Shown here: positions 13,830 to 29,945 of the stretch, piece after piece
Layout: every line of letters starts with the position of its first letter
How positions within the stretch are numbered: the first letter of the stretch is position 1
Assembly (NCBI RefSeq): GCF_009914755.1
Contig: NC_060928.1
Direction: 5' to 3' (one strand)
Source: the human T2T-CHM13v2.0 reference genome, Homo sapiens
DNA length: 64,000 nt
Notes under the pieces: model-generated
Databases searched by the model: none
The model's input: the letters and a program-made list of their open reading frames with translations, nothing else
Told to the model about the DNA's origin: nothing
Made by a program: the position numbers and the translations under genes

Positions 13830-14770
13830 CCTGTAGCTCCCTGGGGCTTTTTCTCAAACAATTTTCTCTTTTCACACTTCGTTTTCTCTCAGGATGTGAT
13901 TCATTCTCAGTTTTTTCATTTATTTCTATTTGCTGACATTTCTCAAATTCTCGTCTGTGCCTCAGGTTTCTCTTTCTGAAGTCTAGGCCTGTATGTCCAA
14001 TTATCCATTTGACATCTTCACTTAGATTAAAGGTGGCATCTCATACTGATGTGTTCAAAACTGAACCCGTTTTCTAGCCAAACACCATCCCCTGTCCATT
14101 TAACCTGTTTTTTTCCCCTCTGCCTACAATATCTTCAATTCACAGGGATCCTCCTTAACTCGCAATTTTCTCTACACCTCTACCAATTCAGTTTCAAAAC
14201 CTTCTTAATCCAGTATACTTATCATCTATTAAGACAATTTTCTTTTCAAAATTACCATCATCCTAGACCTAGACACCATAGTATTCACATTTACTGCTTC
14301 CGCATGCTCTTAACTGTTCCCTTTGTATCCTTCTTTGATCCTTTATGATTCCTTTTAAAAAAAATTACCAAAATATGCATAATTGACAATATATGATTTA
14401 TATACTAAATAATATACTTATAGAATAACGTACATGATTAATGCAATATATATATAATATACAGTGATATACAATACAAACAATAGTGTATAATAATATT
14501 CAAATCTATGGTTATGATTTTCCTGGTTGAAACCCTTTCATCATTTTCCAGTATTCTTAAAATTCCAAAATAATGCATGGCTATACCTAATTTGGAATTT
14601 TTCTTATCATTCGAGTATCATGTTGCACAACTTGTTTTTTTCTTGTTGGTTTTTCCACCTTTTCCCTGTATCTCAAACATATTGTGCTCGCTCTCATTTT
14701 AGAAATGCATATAAACGCAGTTGTCGCTACCTGAAATATGCCTTTTCCATCTTTGCACCATCAACTTTTC
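13830..14770 (+). mobile_element. L2 LINE relic
   Basis: CCTGTATGTCCAATT...TTGACATCTTCACTTAGAT...TGTGTTCAAAACTGAAC is typical of L2; interrupted by an AT-rich low-complexity stretch at ~14380-14500. Confidence 0.6.
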
Positions 14771-14789
14771 TTCTTTTGTGGCTATGCTG

Positions 14790-16120
14790 ACTAATCCAGT
14801 TTCCCTGCATCCTCACCATTATTTACTGTTATAGATATTTTCTATTTTGATTTTTCTTATAGAAGCATAGTGGTATTTCATTGTAGTTTTAATTTGCATT
14901 GACGTAAGAGCTAAAGATGGTGAACAGCTGTTCATATGCTTATTATGCTATCCTATAAATTTAGAAACACAGAAGAAATAGATCAATCCCTCAAAAACTA
15001 TAAAGGACCAGCCAACCACATTCAACCAAGATGACATAGGAAATCTGACTACTCCTATAATATTTACATAACTCAAATTTGTAATTAAAAAGTTCCCAAC
15101 ACAGAAATCTCCAGGCACAAACTACTTCAGTGAAGAATTCTACCAAACATTTAACAAATAATTTACAACAATTTTACACAGTATTTTGTGGAAAATAGAA
15201 CAGAATGGAGAATTTCCCAAATCATTTATTGAGGCTGGAGTTACCCTGGTATCAAAACCAAAAATAGTACCAAAAAAAAAAAAAACCTGAAGAACAATGA
15301 ACTTAATTCTCACAAAATTAAAGCACAAAATTTCTCAACTAAATATTAGTTTATGGTTTTTTGTTGGTGAGTAATTTTTTTATGAGTACACCATAGTTTG
15401 TCAACGTCTTCCCCTGTTGGTGAACATTTGGGTTGTTTCTTGGTTATTTCTAGACTTTAGCTATTACAAGTAATAGCCAAAGCTATTATTCAGCTGTGCC
15501 TACTCATGTACACATCTTTCTATGGATGTAGTTTTTATTTTTCTTGGGTAAATGTTAAGGAGTGAAATGACTTGAACATAAGCTGGAGGTATATTTTGGT
15601 TGTCAAGAAATAGAAAAACAGTTTTCCAAAGTGCTTGTGTTTCTTTAAATTCCCACCAATACTGTGTGAGGTTTCTAATTCCTACACATCCTCACTATTA
15701 CATGGTGTAACCAAACCTTTTAGTGTTAGACATTCAAGTAAGTATGTAGCAGTATCTCATTACAGATTGATGTCGTATTTCCCTCATGAGTAATGGTTTT
15801 GGTCATATTTTCATGTTCTTATTTATTATCTTAAGACCTACATCTTAACACTTAGGTCTTGCCTTTTTATCCAATCTGACAATCTCTGCCTTTCAATAAG
15901 AGTATTTAGATCATGTTTTCTGTCTTTCATGTGTTTATTATCTTATTATGTGCCTTTGTTTTTGGATTGAGAAATTTGTATGATTCCATTTCATTTCCTT
16001 TATGAGCCGATTAGCCTTTCTGTATATGTCTGTTTTGTTCACATTTTGATTGCCATAAGAGTTATAGTATACATCTTTAAGTTAGCAGTCTACTTTAAAG
16101 TGATATTGTACTATTTCAAT
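14790..16120. mobile_element. Mosaic of old L1 fragments in both orientations
   Basis: Minus-strand 3' pieces (14790-14955, 15350-15830) flank a plus-strand ORF2 piece (14955-15350, AAATCTCCAGGC...GAATTCTACCAAACATTTAA); another minus ORF2 piece at ~15860-16120. Confidence 0.7.
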
Positions 16121-16139
16121 ATCACTGGCATCAATGTAC

Positions 16140-16288
16140 TGGGTTCTAGCCTCTGGAGTAGCTAGAACCACAGGCGTGCAACACAACACCCAGCTAATTT
16201 TTAAATTATCTGTAGAAATGAGTTCTCACTCTGTACCTGGGCTGGTCTAAAACTCCTGAGCTCAAATAATCCTCCTACCTTGGCCTCC
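16140..16288 (-). mobile_element. Partial AluJ-like fragment
   Basis: GGAGTAGCTAGAACCACAGGCG...CTCCTGAGCTCAAATAATCCTCCTACCTTGGCCTCCC. Confidence 0.8.
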
Positions 16289-17925
16289 CTCAAATTCTTT
16301 TATGAAAAAAATATACTGAAGAGATAAGAATTTCCTTTTAATTAATAAATATACTTGCATTTAATCAATGTGCATGACACTATTAATTTTCTAAAAGAAG
16401 TTATTAGTAAATTGTAATGCAAGATCTCTCTGAGAAAATAGAATGCCAAGCTGATATTTATTACCAAGAAAATAAATACATATGCTGCATATATTAGGCT
16501 TTGTTCCACAGATAGAAAAATTCTATCATACCTGGAAACTGCAGATAAGATGCTCTGGGATCATCCTGAGCTAAGTTGATTTTGACTAACTCAAACCAAA
16601 ACATAGGTTTTGTTCATCTTTCAGTGCCTGTGCTAATATTTCTAACTTTTGGCCTGGGCTTCTTGTTTTCTTTTTTCTTCTTGAAGTGGTAAAAGAGATC
16701 CAGATTTCGTTACTGGCATGTCTAAACTAGCTTTCATTCTCAATGGCCATATATCTTTTTCCCTGATGTTGTAATGCTTTTGCATCTCAATGTAAGAATA
16801 AAAATCATTTTATGTATTTCTCTCCTGCTTGTCAGGATTTCAAATGCATAGGTTATATCTTGCAAGGGACAATGTATATAACAGAACTAAACAAATAAAA
16901 TGAAAACAGTTTCTGAGATTAAAAACAAGGTAATGGAAGCCTAACAAATAACAAAGAGCTAGCATTGTATGTTTAAAGATTTTTAGGAAAATTGAGTTTT
17001 TTATTTTGTTTACAAATTTGGGTTAACAATTATTATAAATCTGAGTAATCTATCTAGTGATGAATCTTGCTTTTAAGTACTGTGGTCAGCAAGGTGTCTG
17101 AATACTCTTAGATCATTCTGAACCAATTTGGTATTAAATAACTCAAGCATAAATGTGGATTTTATTAATCCCTCAGTGTCTGTGCTTATATTTCTATATC
17201 CAAGTCCCCAGAACAAAGTAAGATATTGCAAAACCCAAGAATTCCCAAGTTCCCAGCACCTCCTGCTCTGCTGAATACCCTGAAGTTTCAAGCTTCTCAC
17301 CAGTCCTTACTTTTATGCCACTGAGATCCAGGCTGCTGGGGTTCTTATTTTTTCCTTTAGATAGTCTATGTCTAGCCTCACTCACTTGTTTTAGTTAAGC
17401 TAAATCTATTTATTGTAACAGATAAATTCCAATATTTCCGTGGCATGATACAGTTTTTTCGTTATACATTTATATCAAGTTCATCAGGTAGCAGGGGAGG
17501 ACTCTGATCTGTACAGTCATTTGGATGCCCATCCTGACAGGGACCCGTCCAGTGTCAAAATGCAGTATCCTGCGCCAAAAGATACGGATGAGAGAAAAAC
17601 TATAATATTGTGTAGATGTTAATAGGCCAAAAGTACTAATATAACTAAAAGTACCAATATTACTTTAGCTAGCATTCCATGAGCCAGAACTCAGTTATTA
17701 ATACTACACCAAATGTAGACTAGCCTGTGCTCAGGAGAAGGAAATGGTTTGATGAACAGTGGGCAGTACTGGCTACTGCATTTATATGCGATGTGGAGTC
17801 AACACCCAAGGCCCAGTACTTACATATCTCCATGGAACAAAGCACCATCTAGATATTTGGTGTAGATAACAGTAAGAAAGCACTTAAGCTTTAGAGTCAG
17901 AGGCACCCAGATTTAAGTCCTAGCT

Positions 17926-18649
<724 letters not shown>

Positions 18650-19429
18650 AGATTTGAATATTTAAACTGCCAAGTAAATTGCTTACTATATGGAAATCAC
18701 TCAATAATTGACAGTTTTTTCTACGTCAATTCATACATGAATATCTTATTGAAGTTTTGTGATTTACTTTAAAAATTTCTGACAATGAAAATAAATCATT
18801 TTTATTTAAAGTAAATGGTTAGAATCTCAAAACAAAGGAACAAAAGCTTTGGTGATGTTCAATCTTAAAAATCCTAATAAAATTTATTTTAGTTATAAAT
18901 GGCTAAAATGTACTGACTTCTTAATGAATGCCAGTAGCCTTTTTCATGTTATCTAACTGAACTCTCTCAGTTATATAACTCTCTATAGGGGTTTTCTTAT
19001 TGCCAGAATATAACTTTATGCCAAGACCAACTACAGCCCAGGACACCTAAGTCACTGACTTTTGTTTCATTCAGTCTCTCAAAACAGATTTATAAAAGTG
19101 TTGAGATTTTATACAAATTACTTGAAAACAGTGAGCAGATGGGCACAAATCCAGTATCTAAAGCAATTTAGAGAGGCAAGCAGTAAGTAAATTGTTCTGG
19201 AGAACAAGAGGGGAAAAGATTTTTGAAAGATCTAATAGGATCCATTATTACAGGCAGTTGCTATTGGTATAGTATCTTGAGAGACAGGGAGTCTTGCTCT
19301 GCCAACAGGATGTGCTCTTTCACATCTACTGTTTTGTTCAGCCATCTATGAATAGGCAATTCCTTGTATTGTTTAATCACTATAAAAGAATATGTATCCT
19401 ATGCCAGTGATTATTGTTCTTTAGCAACC

Positions 19430-19590
19430 ATTGTCACACTTATGACACCTACACAGTTATTACGTTCACTTTACAGATGAGAAAACAGAGAAAGAGGGTT
19501 TAAATGACTTGGACAGAGTTACACAGTTGGTAACTCGTAGAGACAAGCCTGAATTCAAGCATTCAGTCCTGCATGTTCTTAAGTATTGTG
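19430..19590 (-). mobile_element. MIR SINE relic
   Basis: CACTTTACAGATGAGAAAACAGAG...GGGTTTAAATGACTTGGACAGAGTTACACAG core. Confidence 0.75.
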
Positions 19591-19813
19591 CAATGCTGAT
19601 GTTCAAGGTAGGCAGTAGTATAATCCACAGAGCTAGAGCAAGAGCTTATACAGGTAAAATAGAAAGAAAGAGGGTGAGAGATAAAGAAAAATCATATATA
19701 CAAAATACATTCATAAATTCATACCTACATTCATATGTAAGTCTTTGAAGAGACTACTATGAGACTATACTTGTCTAGAATATCACTAGTTGTGAATCAT
19801 ACATTAAAAATTA

Positions 19814-20126
<313 letters not shown>

Positions 20127-20724
20127 GGAATTAAAACCTGAGGTAGCAAAATGTTAAAGAACAGTCATGGAAAAACATGTAAAATTTAATGATTTCTGTC
20201 CTATCATCATACTTGTATAATATAAATTGTATAGGCAAAGTACTTAGCTAGATTCACACAAAAATTGGAGTACGGTAAATTTGGACATAAATAGAATGCT
20301 AAGGATAAGGTAATTTGGGGAAAGGCCCTTATTTCTTCTTTTCAATCTTCCTGTTGGTGTAAATATACACCTTTGGCAAGTACACACAATCATTTGGGAA
20401 ACACACCCAAGTAAACAGGATACTTGCTTTTGCCCACATCTCTCTGAGGAGGTCAGGTGTATTCCTAACTCTTTACATTTAGTATATCTTTTGTTTACTG
20501 TTTGTTTGTTTTTAGTTACCAGCTGCTGATAATCTAAAAACATGATGGTAGTAATGTTTAAAGGACACTCTGAATATCATCAGATGTAAGTACATTCAGG
20601 ACACATCAAATGTTTTCAGACATAAATATCTATGTTTTAGAAAAATTGAGAATTATTCAGAAGATACATTTCCCTATCCCTATGAGATACTGATAACTGT
20701 GTTTCCTAAATTTTTAAGAGAGAG

Positions 20725-21078
20725 TTTGGGAAGTTGGGAGGTGATGGAGGAGATGATTTAGGTGATTGAAGAGATGCTGCTCAAAGGATACAAAATTTCA
20801 GTTAAACAGGGAAAACAAGCTCAAGAGATTTGCTGTACACCACGGTATCCACAGTTAATAACAATGAATTGTAAACTTTAAAATTGTTAAGTAGATTTTA
20901 AGAACTCTCACCATAAGTAAATGATAAGCATGTGAGGTAATGCATATGCTAATTAGCTTAATTTAGCCATTGAACAATGGATACACATTTCAAACATTAT
21001 GATTTACACCATAAATATAGACAATTCTTATTTGTCAATTGAAAAATAAATAAGAAGAAAAAAATTCAAAAAAAAGAA
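20725..21078 (+). mobile_element. L1MA-type 3' end
   Basis: TCAAAGGATACAAAATTTCAGTTA...ATGTGAGGTAATGCATATGCTAATTAGCTT...ATTTGTCAATT followed by an A-rich tail. Confidence 0.85.
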
Positions 21079-21314
21079 GAGTATGACGTTCACAGATTTA
21101 AATATATTAGAACATCTCTTTCATGTGTTAGTCAATAGTTAAGGCGATTTTTCTTGAGTCCTTAGGCAGGTAAACAAAAACACAACCGTTTATTTGCCAG
21201 AGTGTACTATAATATTTCATCTAGATATTTTTCATCCTTATAAGTGAATATTTCATTAGGAACATGGACTAGACAAAGATAAAAAAAATTTGAGATAAAA
21301 TTTGTGGCATATAG

Positions 21315-21827
<513 letters not shown>

Positions 21828-22399
21828 TAATGTGCTTTAAGTAGCAGCGGACTCTCCTTAATGTATCCATAGACACCCTGTGTGATTTCTTTTCCCTTAC
21901 ACACTAACAAAACAGGAAAGCGCTGGAGTGCAGCGGCACACTTCCAAATCTTTCAAATAAGATCAAACAGGGAGAAAGCATTTAAAGGTGGTGAAAGCCT
22001 TTCTCTAACGAGGGACTTGCCAGCTACGCCCCTTGAGTACATTTCATCCTTTAAAAAAACCTACCGGCTTTAAAAAAAAGAAAAAGAAAAAAGTTTCCTG
22101 CAATTTAAACTCTCAATCACGTTGATACTCACTTAATGCAGTTTCCTTTTTTGGAATTTTATTATAACACTTGCCTTACTGTTGAATGATCAAAAAAATT
22201 CTACTGAATATTCTTAGTAGTAATTTTAATTCTGTCCTTCTAATTCATTAAGCCTCTGCCTTTCATCCTCCATTGGTTTTTTCCCATCTTGTTCACATGC
22301 TATTAAGAGCAGATTTAATTTCTGTTAGTGACTTCCATTTCCATTGGAGTCACACTTTAGTAAAACTCAGCTGCAGAAGCTTATCCCAGGACACTTTTT

Positions 22400-23680
22400 T
22401 TGCATTTTTATTAACTCATGTTCACATTTTATTCAGATTTCCATAGTTTTTGCCTAATTTTCGGTGTCAGGATCCAATCCAGGATATCGCGTAACATTCA
22501 GTTGATAGGAATCTTTATTTTCCTCTTGATTATGTTAGTTTCTCAGACATTTCTAGTTTTTGATGAGTTTGAAGAAAGGAGTATCAGTCAGGTATTTTGT
22601 AAAATGTCCCCCAGTTGAAATTTTTCTGATATTTTTCACCTAAGAAGACTGAGATTATAGATTTTGAAGAAAAGCCCACAAAAGTTATCAATCTCATCAC
22701 ATTCTATCAAGGGTGTATGGTATCAACATGGCATCACCATTGGTGTTGACTTCGGTCACCTGGTTGAAGTAATGTTTGTCAGATTTTCTCACTGTGAAGT
22801 TGCTCCTTTTTTCCTCCTTTCCATACTGTACTCTTTGAAGGAAGTCACTCAGTGCAGCCTGCACTTGAGAAGGGAGTTATGTTCCATCTCCTTAATGAAA
22901 GTGTACCTAAGTAACTTGTTTAAAACTCTCCTGCATGGAACTCATGTCTCCCATTTATTGATTTATTCAATCATTTTTTTATATTAGTATGAATTCATGA
23001 ATATTTATTTCTTGGCTATAATCCAATACTACTTCACTTTGCTTCTCAAATTATTCTAACTTTGGCCAGGCACGGTGGCTCACGCCTGTAATCCCAGCAC
23101 TTTGGGAGGCCAGGTGGGTGGATCACCTGAGGTCAGGAGTTCCAGACCAGACTGGCCAACATGGTGAAACCCCGTTTCTACTAAAAATACAAAAATTAGC
23201 CAGGCGTGGTGGGGTGGCTCCTGTAATTCCAGCTACTCAGGAGGCTGAGGCAGGAGAATCGATTGAACCCCTCAGGCAGAGGTTGCAGTGAGCTGACTTT
23301 GCACCATTGCACCCCAGCCTAGGCAACAGAGCGAGACTCTGTCTCAAAAAAAAAAAAAAAAAAAAAAAAATTATTCCAGCTTTGTCCATTGGAGACTCTG
23401 TGTCCCTTTCACATGCTCCATCAAGGAGATGGGAATTTTTTGTTTGTTTGTTTCATTGTTGGTTTTTGGTTTTTGAGCACCTCCTTGCTTCATGAACTAC
23501 AGATGCTGAAGGTATGTGTTACGTATTCCTTGCCCCAGTTCTAGAATCAGCCTTTGCTACCAGGGGCTCTGGTTCCCTTCGATTGAATAATGAAATGAGA
23601 AACAGAGATCTGGCTGCTAGAGGTGCTTGTTGCTACCAGCTGTCATTGCTTCTAGGCCCACCTAGCTGACAGAATCAGCT
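22400..23680 (-). mobile_element. L1MC-type 3' UTR, interrupted by an Alu
   Basis: CAGGATCCAATCCAGGATATC...; TATAATCCAATACTAC; CCCCAGTTCTAGAATCAGCC; reverse-complement similarity to 42190-42450. Confidence 0.7.
23064..23367 (+). mobile_element. Alu SINE (AluSx-like)
   Basis: Full Alu with long poly-A; 16-bp TSD AAATTATTC(T/C)A(A/G)CTTT at 23048-23063 and 23368-23383. Confidence 0.97.
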
Positions 23681-26600
23681 TAATTTTAAAATACTAGATT
23701 CCTGAGGTTACCGAAAGACATCCCCACCCTGTGGGAATATCGCTGAAGAGGCATAGTTGTGTTAATTATTTTCCACATACAAGGTCACTTAGTTAAATAG
23801 CACCAATAATTATAAGTAGCACTTTCCCCCTTGAAAGTAATTATGGATAAAAGATTTGCTTAATCCTGATGATGTTTTGTCGTGTTCTTAGTAAAACAAA
23901 CAAACGAACAAAAAACAAAACTTGTACTTGCAAGCTTTCTATCAATAAGTTTTTAATATATTTTTATGGCACTTTATACTTGACAATGTGGTTTATCCTG
24001 AGAGTTAAAAAGAGATGATACTCGTATGGCATTTTTATAATTGGATTCTGCAAAACTCAGAAAAGTGAATGAACTTCCCCGAGTTCAGACAACCTGGCAG
24101 AACTGGAATGTAGTCTAACATTTTTGAATATTTTGCATTATACTATGGTTGCTTTACAAAGAAATGAACTCATTTTTTATCAGTTACTCTGTTGTTTTCA
24201 ATAAAGTAGAATAACATTGTTGCATCGCTGACTTATTACACAAATTAAAAGAATATGACCTCTGCATTTCCTTTATCCATCTCAGATAAAATATAGTTTA
24301 AATGCAGTGATCAATAGACAGATAGGTGATAGATGATTGGTAGATAAATATTTGGAAAAATCAGATGTCTTCCCTACCTCTATCAGTGACTTCTATAAAC
24401 TGCAATGTAAATCACCCTCAGAAAGAAGAATCATTTTGCTTTCATTCTTCTACTACCTCTCACAGCTTCCTTAAAAGAGCTATTTAATGGATATTTATGC
24501 CAACGCTTTCAAGTTGGAAAATATTGCCCCAATATTTTTGCTTTTCTCAGTTGTCTATTCTAGTGATTAAATGCCATTACTTTGCAAATATTATTCATAA
24601 TATGTAAACAAACTTGTTGAGCAAAGCACCTTTTTATCTCTGTTAATGAGTTTGTTGGCATTATATATTTCACATTTCTCCTCTTTTAGTGTCAATGTTT
24701 TTATTTTTCCTATAGACTGTACTTTCCAGTTGCGTTTCAAAACAAAAATGTTCATCTTTTTCTTTGATGAGCCAAAATTCCCCTTGTGTCCTTCGATTTG
24801 GTAACAGGATAATGAAGAATTATTTTAACTTATTATTGATAAACATCTCCACCATTTTCTTAGAATATTTTCATCTTCGTGCTCATTTTTATGTATTGTC
24901 ATATGTATTTTTCTCTAAATTTTCCTTAATAATTTCCTTCACTGAAGCATAAAGGTCAGCTTTCCTGTCATATGTGTTTTTCACAGTAGCGTAGGATTTA
25001 GTTAGAGAAATCTTTTATTAAAAAATATATTATCTGCAAATACAACTTGATGAAAAATTAATATAAAGACTCTTTCACATACTATTTATTTCATAAATCA
25101 CCATCCATTTTACAAGCCTTAAAAAATTACTGAGTATTTTAATGCAGTCTTTTTTTTTTAATCCAGGTTCAAAGCATGGACATTAGAATTCACTATTGAA
25201 GTTGTCCTGCTCTCAGCTAAAGGAGTTAAAATTATATTTTTTACATTTTTTTCTGTATGGATTTTTGATTTCTGAGGAAGAAAATTGGATATTTCATGTC
25301 CATTTTAAAACCTGTTTCAACATATTTTTTAAAATAAAAATGTATCTTCTACATTTACTCCTTAGCTCACATATTTATTCAAATGGATTTAAATCTTGCC
25401 TGTAACTTAACTAGTGTCTGCTCTGCTGTGTATGATTCACTCTTATATGTAAAAATCATTTCAATAATGCGATAAGCTTAGACTAAGGTTTCAACGTCAT
25501 TGTCTTAGTTATCACATGCATTTTCATTTATATATACGATAATACTTACAAGCATTTTCCTGTTTAGGCTTTATTCTTTATTCTTATATCTTCAACTATG
25601 AATTATGCTACATATAATATGCATGCTCCTATGAAGTGGTTACTTTTGCAGTCTAAGCTAAGCCTAGTTAAAGTTGTAAAGAAGAGGTCTGCTAAAGATG
25701 GTTCCCAAGAATCCATGAAGTGAGAAAATAATAGAAAGTTGATGTGAATGGGTATCAGACAAAACCAGAAAAAGTGGCCTTGTCATGGAAGCAGTTAACC
25801 AAGGTAGACTTCAACCTAATCCCATACAACCAGTCTAAAGGTTCACCATGCTTTGCAATATGATAGAAAAAAATGTGTTTTTATGAAAAATAATTTTATT
25901 ATGAAATAATGTGATGTTTTATTATTATTAATATATAGATTTTTAATAAATCAGGGCTGTGGCTAGTTGGTTCACTGATGAATATTACTGGTAAAGTGTG
26001 TTTCAATTTCACAACAATCAGTATTCTCTGTACTCTACCTCTAACCATATAAATATAAAACATTTATATTTTATACAGTATTTGGGAAATATTTCTTGGC
26101 TTCTACGAATGACTCTCAACGCCAAAAGATATATTTGCCACTGTTGCAAAACAGTAGCCTTAGATTTTTAAAAAGCATATTTCTAGTTAACAGGATTGAT
26201 AGGCAGATTACATATTTATATCATACCGAAAATAGACAAATGATGACATGCACAAGAAAGTGAATATAAAACTAACACAGTGCCAGGAAGTGAGTTTCTA
26301 ATATTAATATGTATGCTTATTTAATGAAATGAACCATATTTAAATGGTATCAAAGCCATGAGAATGAAAGAGCACTTAAAATTATAAATATTGCTTATTT
26401 AATAGCCTTTTCTTTTAATGAATCCCTACTATAGAGCTACATAAACTATTAAATAAATAATAACAAATTTGTTGATGATGAATTGGATTATCCCTGATTG
26501 TGAAATGACTGGACAATCTAAAATGTAATGCCCCATATAGATTCTTCCTATAATTTCTATATATCTCATTAAGTCATTTCTATTCTATACTAATCAAGGA

Positions 26601-29414
26601 GCAAATACTAACACATTATAACTGAAGTATATAAGAAAGAAAGCCATGAAATATTAACAAATTTATAGCAAAATAAAAGATACCACTTACATTCAGAATC
26701 TCTTAGACCTGCATACCTTAATATAATGGTAAAGCAAAATAATTATGTAGCTACCTTTGTTTTTTGGATCTTATGCAAACAACACTTCTTCCTCGATTCT
26801 CTATTCTAGAGAAGGAACACATAATCTTCAAAGGATATGAAAACTGTACACTGGCTCTATAATGCTGATCCATATAATTCTTTGTTTGCTTGCTTTTTCC
26901 TTAATTAGGGTAATGAGCCACTGTTGTTCAAAGATAGAGCAGCCTGTGTATTTCAATTGAGATCCATGTTGTCTCATACTATGAGTTCCATTCAAATAAA
27001 TCAAAAATGGTCCTTTGTGAAAAATTTTTAAGGTTGAGCAAAAAATAAAATAAAATAGAAGCAAACAAAGTTTCCAACAAGCTTTCATCATATACTGATT
27101 GAACAGGTACTTGGCTATGAATATGGTTACCTAACTAAAGTTATCTCATTAGTCTGGTTTTATAGTACCTCTTTTATGATCCACATATCACAAAATTATA
27201 CTCACATTAAAAATAACCATCTGGTGTACATCATTTTATGATATTGGCAAATAAATCTACATACTGCAATACGGTAAAATATATTGATCTGTAAACTACA
27301 ACACTGAACAACAAATCGACCATAAACTAAAATCCCAAGCATCCCTTCAACACTAAAACTCCCACTTCCAGGCTTCTTCCTGGGCAGTGCGAGCTTTCAC
27401 TGGATCCCCAACTCTTGAAGCATAACAAAGATCACAAATAACTTTTGCATCACAGCTTAGACAACCCTTCCACGGGCTGGAGAAGTTCAGGAAGAAGTCA
27501 TGAAATTATGTATGCTGTGTATTGAGTACTCTATTTCCTAGGGTTACAGCTGATTATTTTCCCATCTTTGCTTTGAGAGAAAAAATAAATACTGTTTGAG
27601 GGGAATCATTAGCAGTTCAACAATTTGAATTATTTGTCTTTCATGTAGCCCCTTCTAGATTTTACATAAACCAGTTACGTGATGGAAGACAAAGACAATT
27701 CAAGCAATGAGACATTACTAATTGTACTCCTCATTTAAATATATTTTTTAAATGCATAGAATTATAATGCATCTTTAAAACACAGATAAGGAAAAAAAGC
27801 AGAAAAGAAAAATGTCTCACAAAATTATCATCAATATAAACAATCTTGTATTATCTTGGTGCAAGGTCACCTAGATAAATAGATACATATTGTATGAAGG
27901 CATTATTATCTGACCTCGAGTGTCTTCCCCCATTACCTTTACTCAATGGCTGTCCTACAGTTGGAGCTATAAGACCTTGTCCAATAAGGCCCCCAGGTGT
28001 AGCAGCATTATTGGAACAGATAAGTAAAACAAAGAGAGCAAATGCTTGGTTGCAGGAGAAGCTCTTAACTTTTAGCCTGTCCAATTATTTTACTACCAAG
28101 GCTGAACCCTTTCTTAGCCATAACTACTCAACTACCTTTTGGACAACCTTATCAGTATGTTTTTCAATAGATGAAATTTACCTGAACACATTTTTGTGAC
28201 TATAGATATCTTTGGACTTACTCCTGTCTTCTTATTTGTGTTTTCAACTTACCATCACTTTAGATTTAATTCCTTCTGCTCAGATTGGTTGAGATTTCTT
28301 TGCTGTATTGTTGGGTTTTTGGTTCGTTGTTGCTGTTGTTGTTCCTTAAATGGCTTGAACATTATTCATCCTGTGTCTTTGTTTCCATTCTTCTATTTTC
28401 TGGGACTTTATTCATTTCCCTCATCTTGACTTTTTGTCTGTTTATTCTTACCTATGCTTTTCTTCTTCTCCTGAATAATTATTCTAAGAATATTACTGAA
28501 GTTGCTTCTTATGACAAGCCTTATCTTATCCTACTCTGTCAGAGGCTAAGCTGTGTTTCTTTTGTGCTTTCATTACCCTTCTTTTTTTTAATTTTTTGAC
28601 CCTATTCACTACTTATCACAAAGTAGTGAAATTGCTGGAAGATGCATCTGCACTTAACTACAAACACTTTGGAGAAAGGCATTGCGTCTCTTACAGTATT
28701 TTATGTCTCATACAACACAGTGTCTGGCAAACAGTAGTCAGACACCTATTGCATATAGGAAGACACGGATGGATGTCAGGTGTGTTTATCTTCTGGAAAT
28801 CATTAATGAATGCAATGGAAAATATATACTTGAGTCCAACAGGCCATGCTATTTTTCTTTAATTCTATGTATTTGCAACTGTTCTGAGGCAATTTTAGGC
28901 TCATTGTTCTTCTTATTATTAATACCAGTAATATCTGAATCTGACATTTCTGCACAAGTTAACTTTTTGAAATTCCATAACTCCTATTTTGTTTCTTTGT
29001 GGTAAATATGGGCAAGACATGAAATAAATGTAAGTGCATTAGAAGATAATTAGTTCTTAGAGGTTTCAGCTCAGCTTTATGATCTCTTCTAAATTGCATG
29101 CTTTCTTTTCATTATTGTGAAATAGTTATAGTTTCTTCTGCCTACTCAAAAACATTTCTTTACAATTTGACTCTAAACTACAGATTTTACTGATTCACCG
29201 AGAACATATAAAAGTGAGACAACTTCTCTCATTTTCCAGCTATGATTTCCAAAAGTGGCTTCTCTATCACCTCAGTGAGTGAGCCTTAAAACTGTTGCAT
29301 TTTTAACTTGTTAAGGCCTCACACGCTTATTTAAAGTAAGGATTTTTCCCTATAAAACCCTGCAAGCAAAGTTCACATAATTTAAGTCTATAGTTGAAAT
29401 TCCATTATAGTATT

Positions 29415-29682
29415 TCTTTGCATTTTAAGACAGTTTTCTGTCTTGCCCAGGCTGGAGTGCAGTGGCACCATCTTGGTTCACTGCAGTCTCCACCTCCTGG
29501 GTTCAAGCAATTCTCCTGTCTCAAGCTCTGAGTAGCTGGGACTACAGGCCTGTGCCACCACACTCGGCTAATTTTGTATTTTTAGTAGAGATGGGGTTTC
29601 ACCATATTGGCCAAGCTGGTCACAAACTTCTAACTTCAGGTGATCCATCTGCCTCGGTCTCCCAAAGTACTGGGATTACAGG
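29415..29682 (-). mobile_element. Alu SINE, 5'-truncated by ~20 bp
   Basis: Alu body stops at GGGATTACAGG without the terminal CGTGAGCCACCGCGCCCGGCC. Confidence 0.93.
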
Positions 29683-29844
29683 AAGACAATTTTCTAATAA
29701 GCAATAAGTCCCTTTTTTCTACCCCCTATCAAAGTCAATTTTGCCTTCTTTACTTTCTTTTACATTTATTTTCTGCCTCGACCTAACATGTACAACGATG
29801 ATGCCTCTATTTTAATCCAGTCACTGGTTCTTTGAAGCCCTATT

Positions 29845-29945
29845 AAACTATAAGCTCCCCAAGGACAAATGTTCCACCTTCTTTCTTGCTGGACTTCTCA
29901 CAATATCTGCCCATAATCGGCATTAAGTAAATTTTTGTTGACTTC
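29845..29945 (+). mobile_element. L2 3'-end relic
   Basis: ACTATAAGCTCCCCAAGGACAA...AGTAAATTTTTGTTGA; similar relic at ~28650-28780. Confidence 0.55.

Noticed and set aside
27290-27370. A/C-rich stretch resembling a mitochondrial insertion
   Set aside because: No recognisable mtDNA gene sequence; too short and equally compatible with a decayed SINE.
27851-29005. Cluster of 77-107 aa ORFs
   Set aside because: Low-complexity F/L/C/S-rich translations with no recognisable domain; several rely on non-ATG starts and partly overlap repeat-like DNA.
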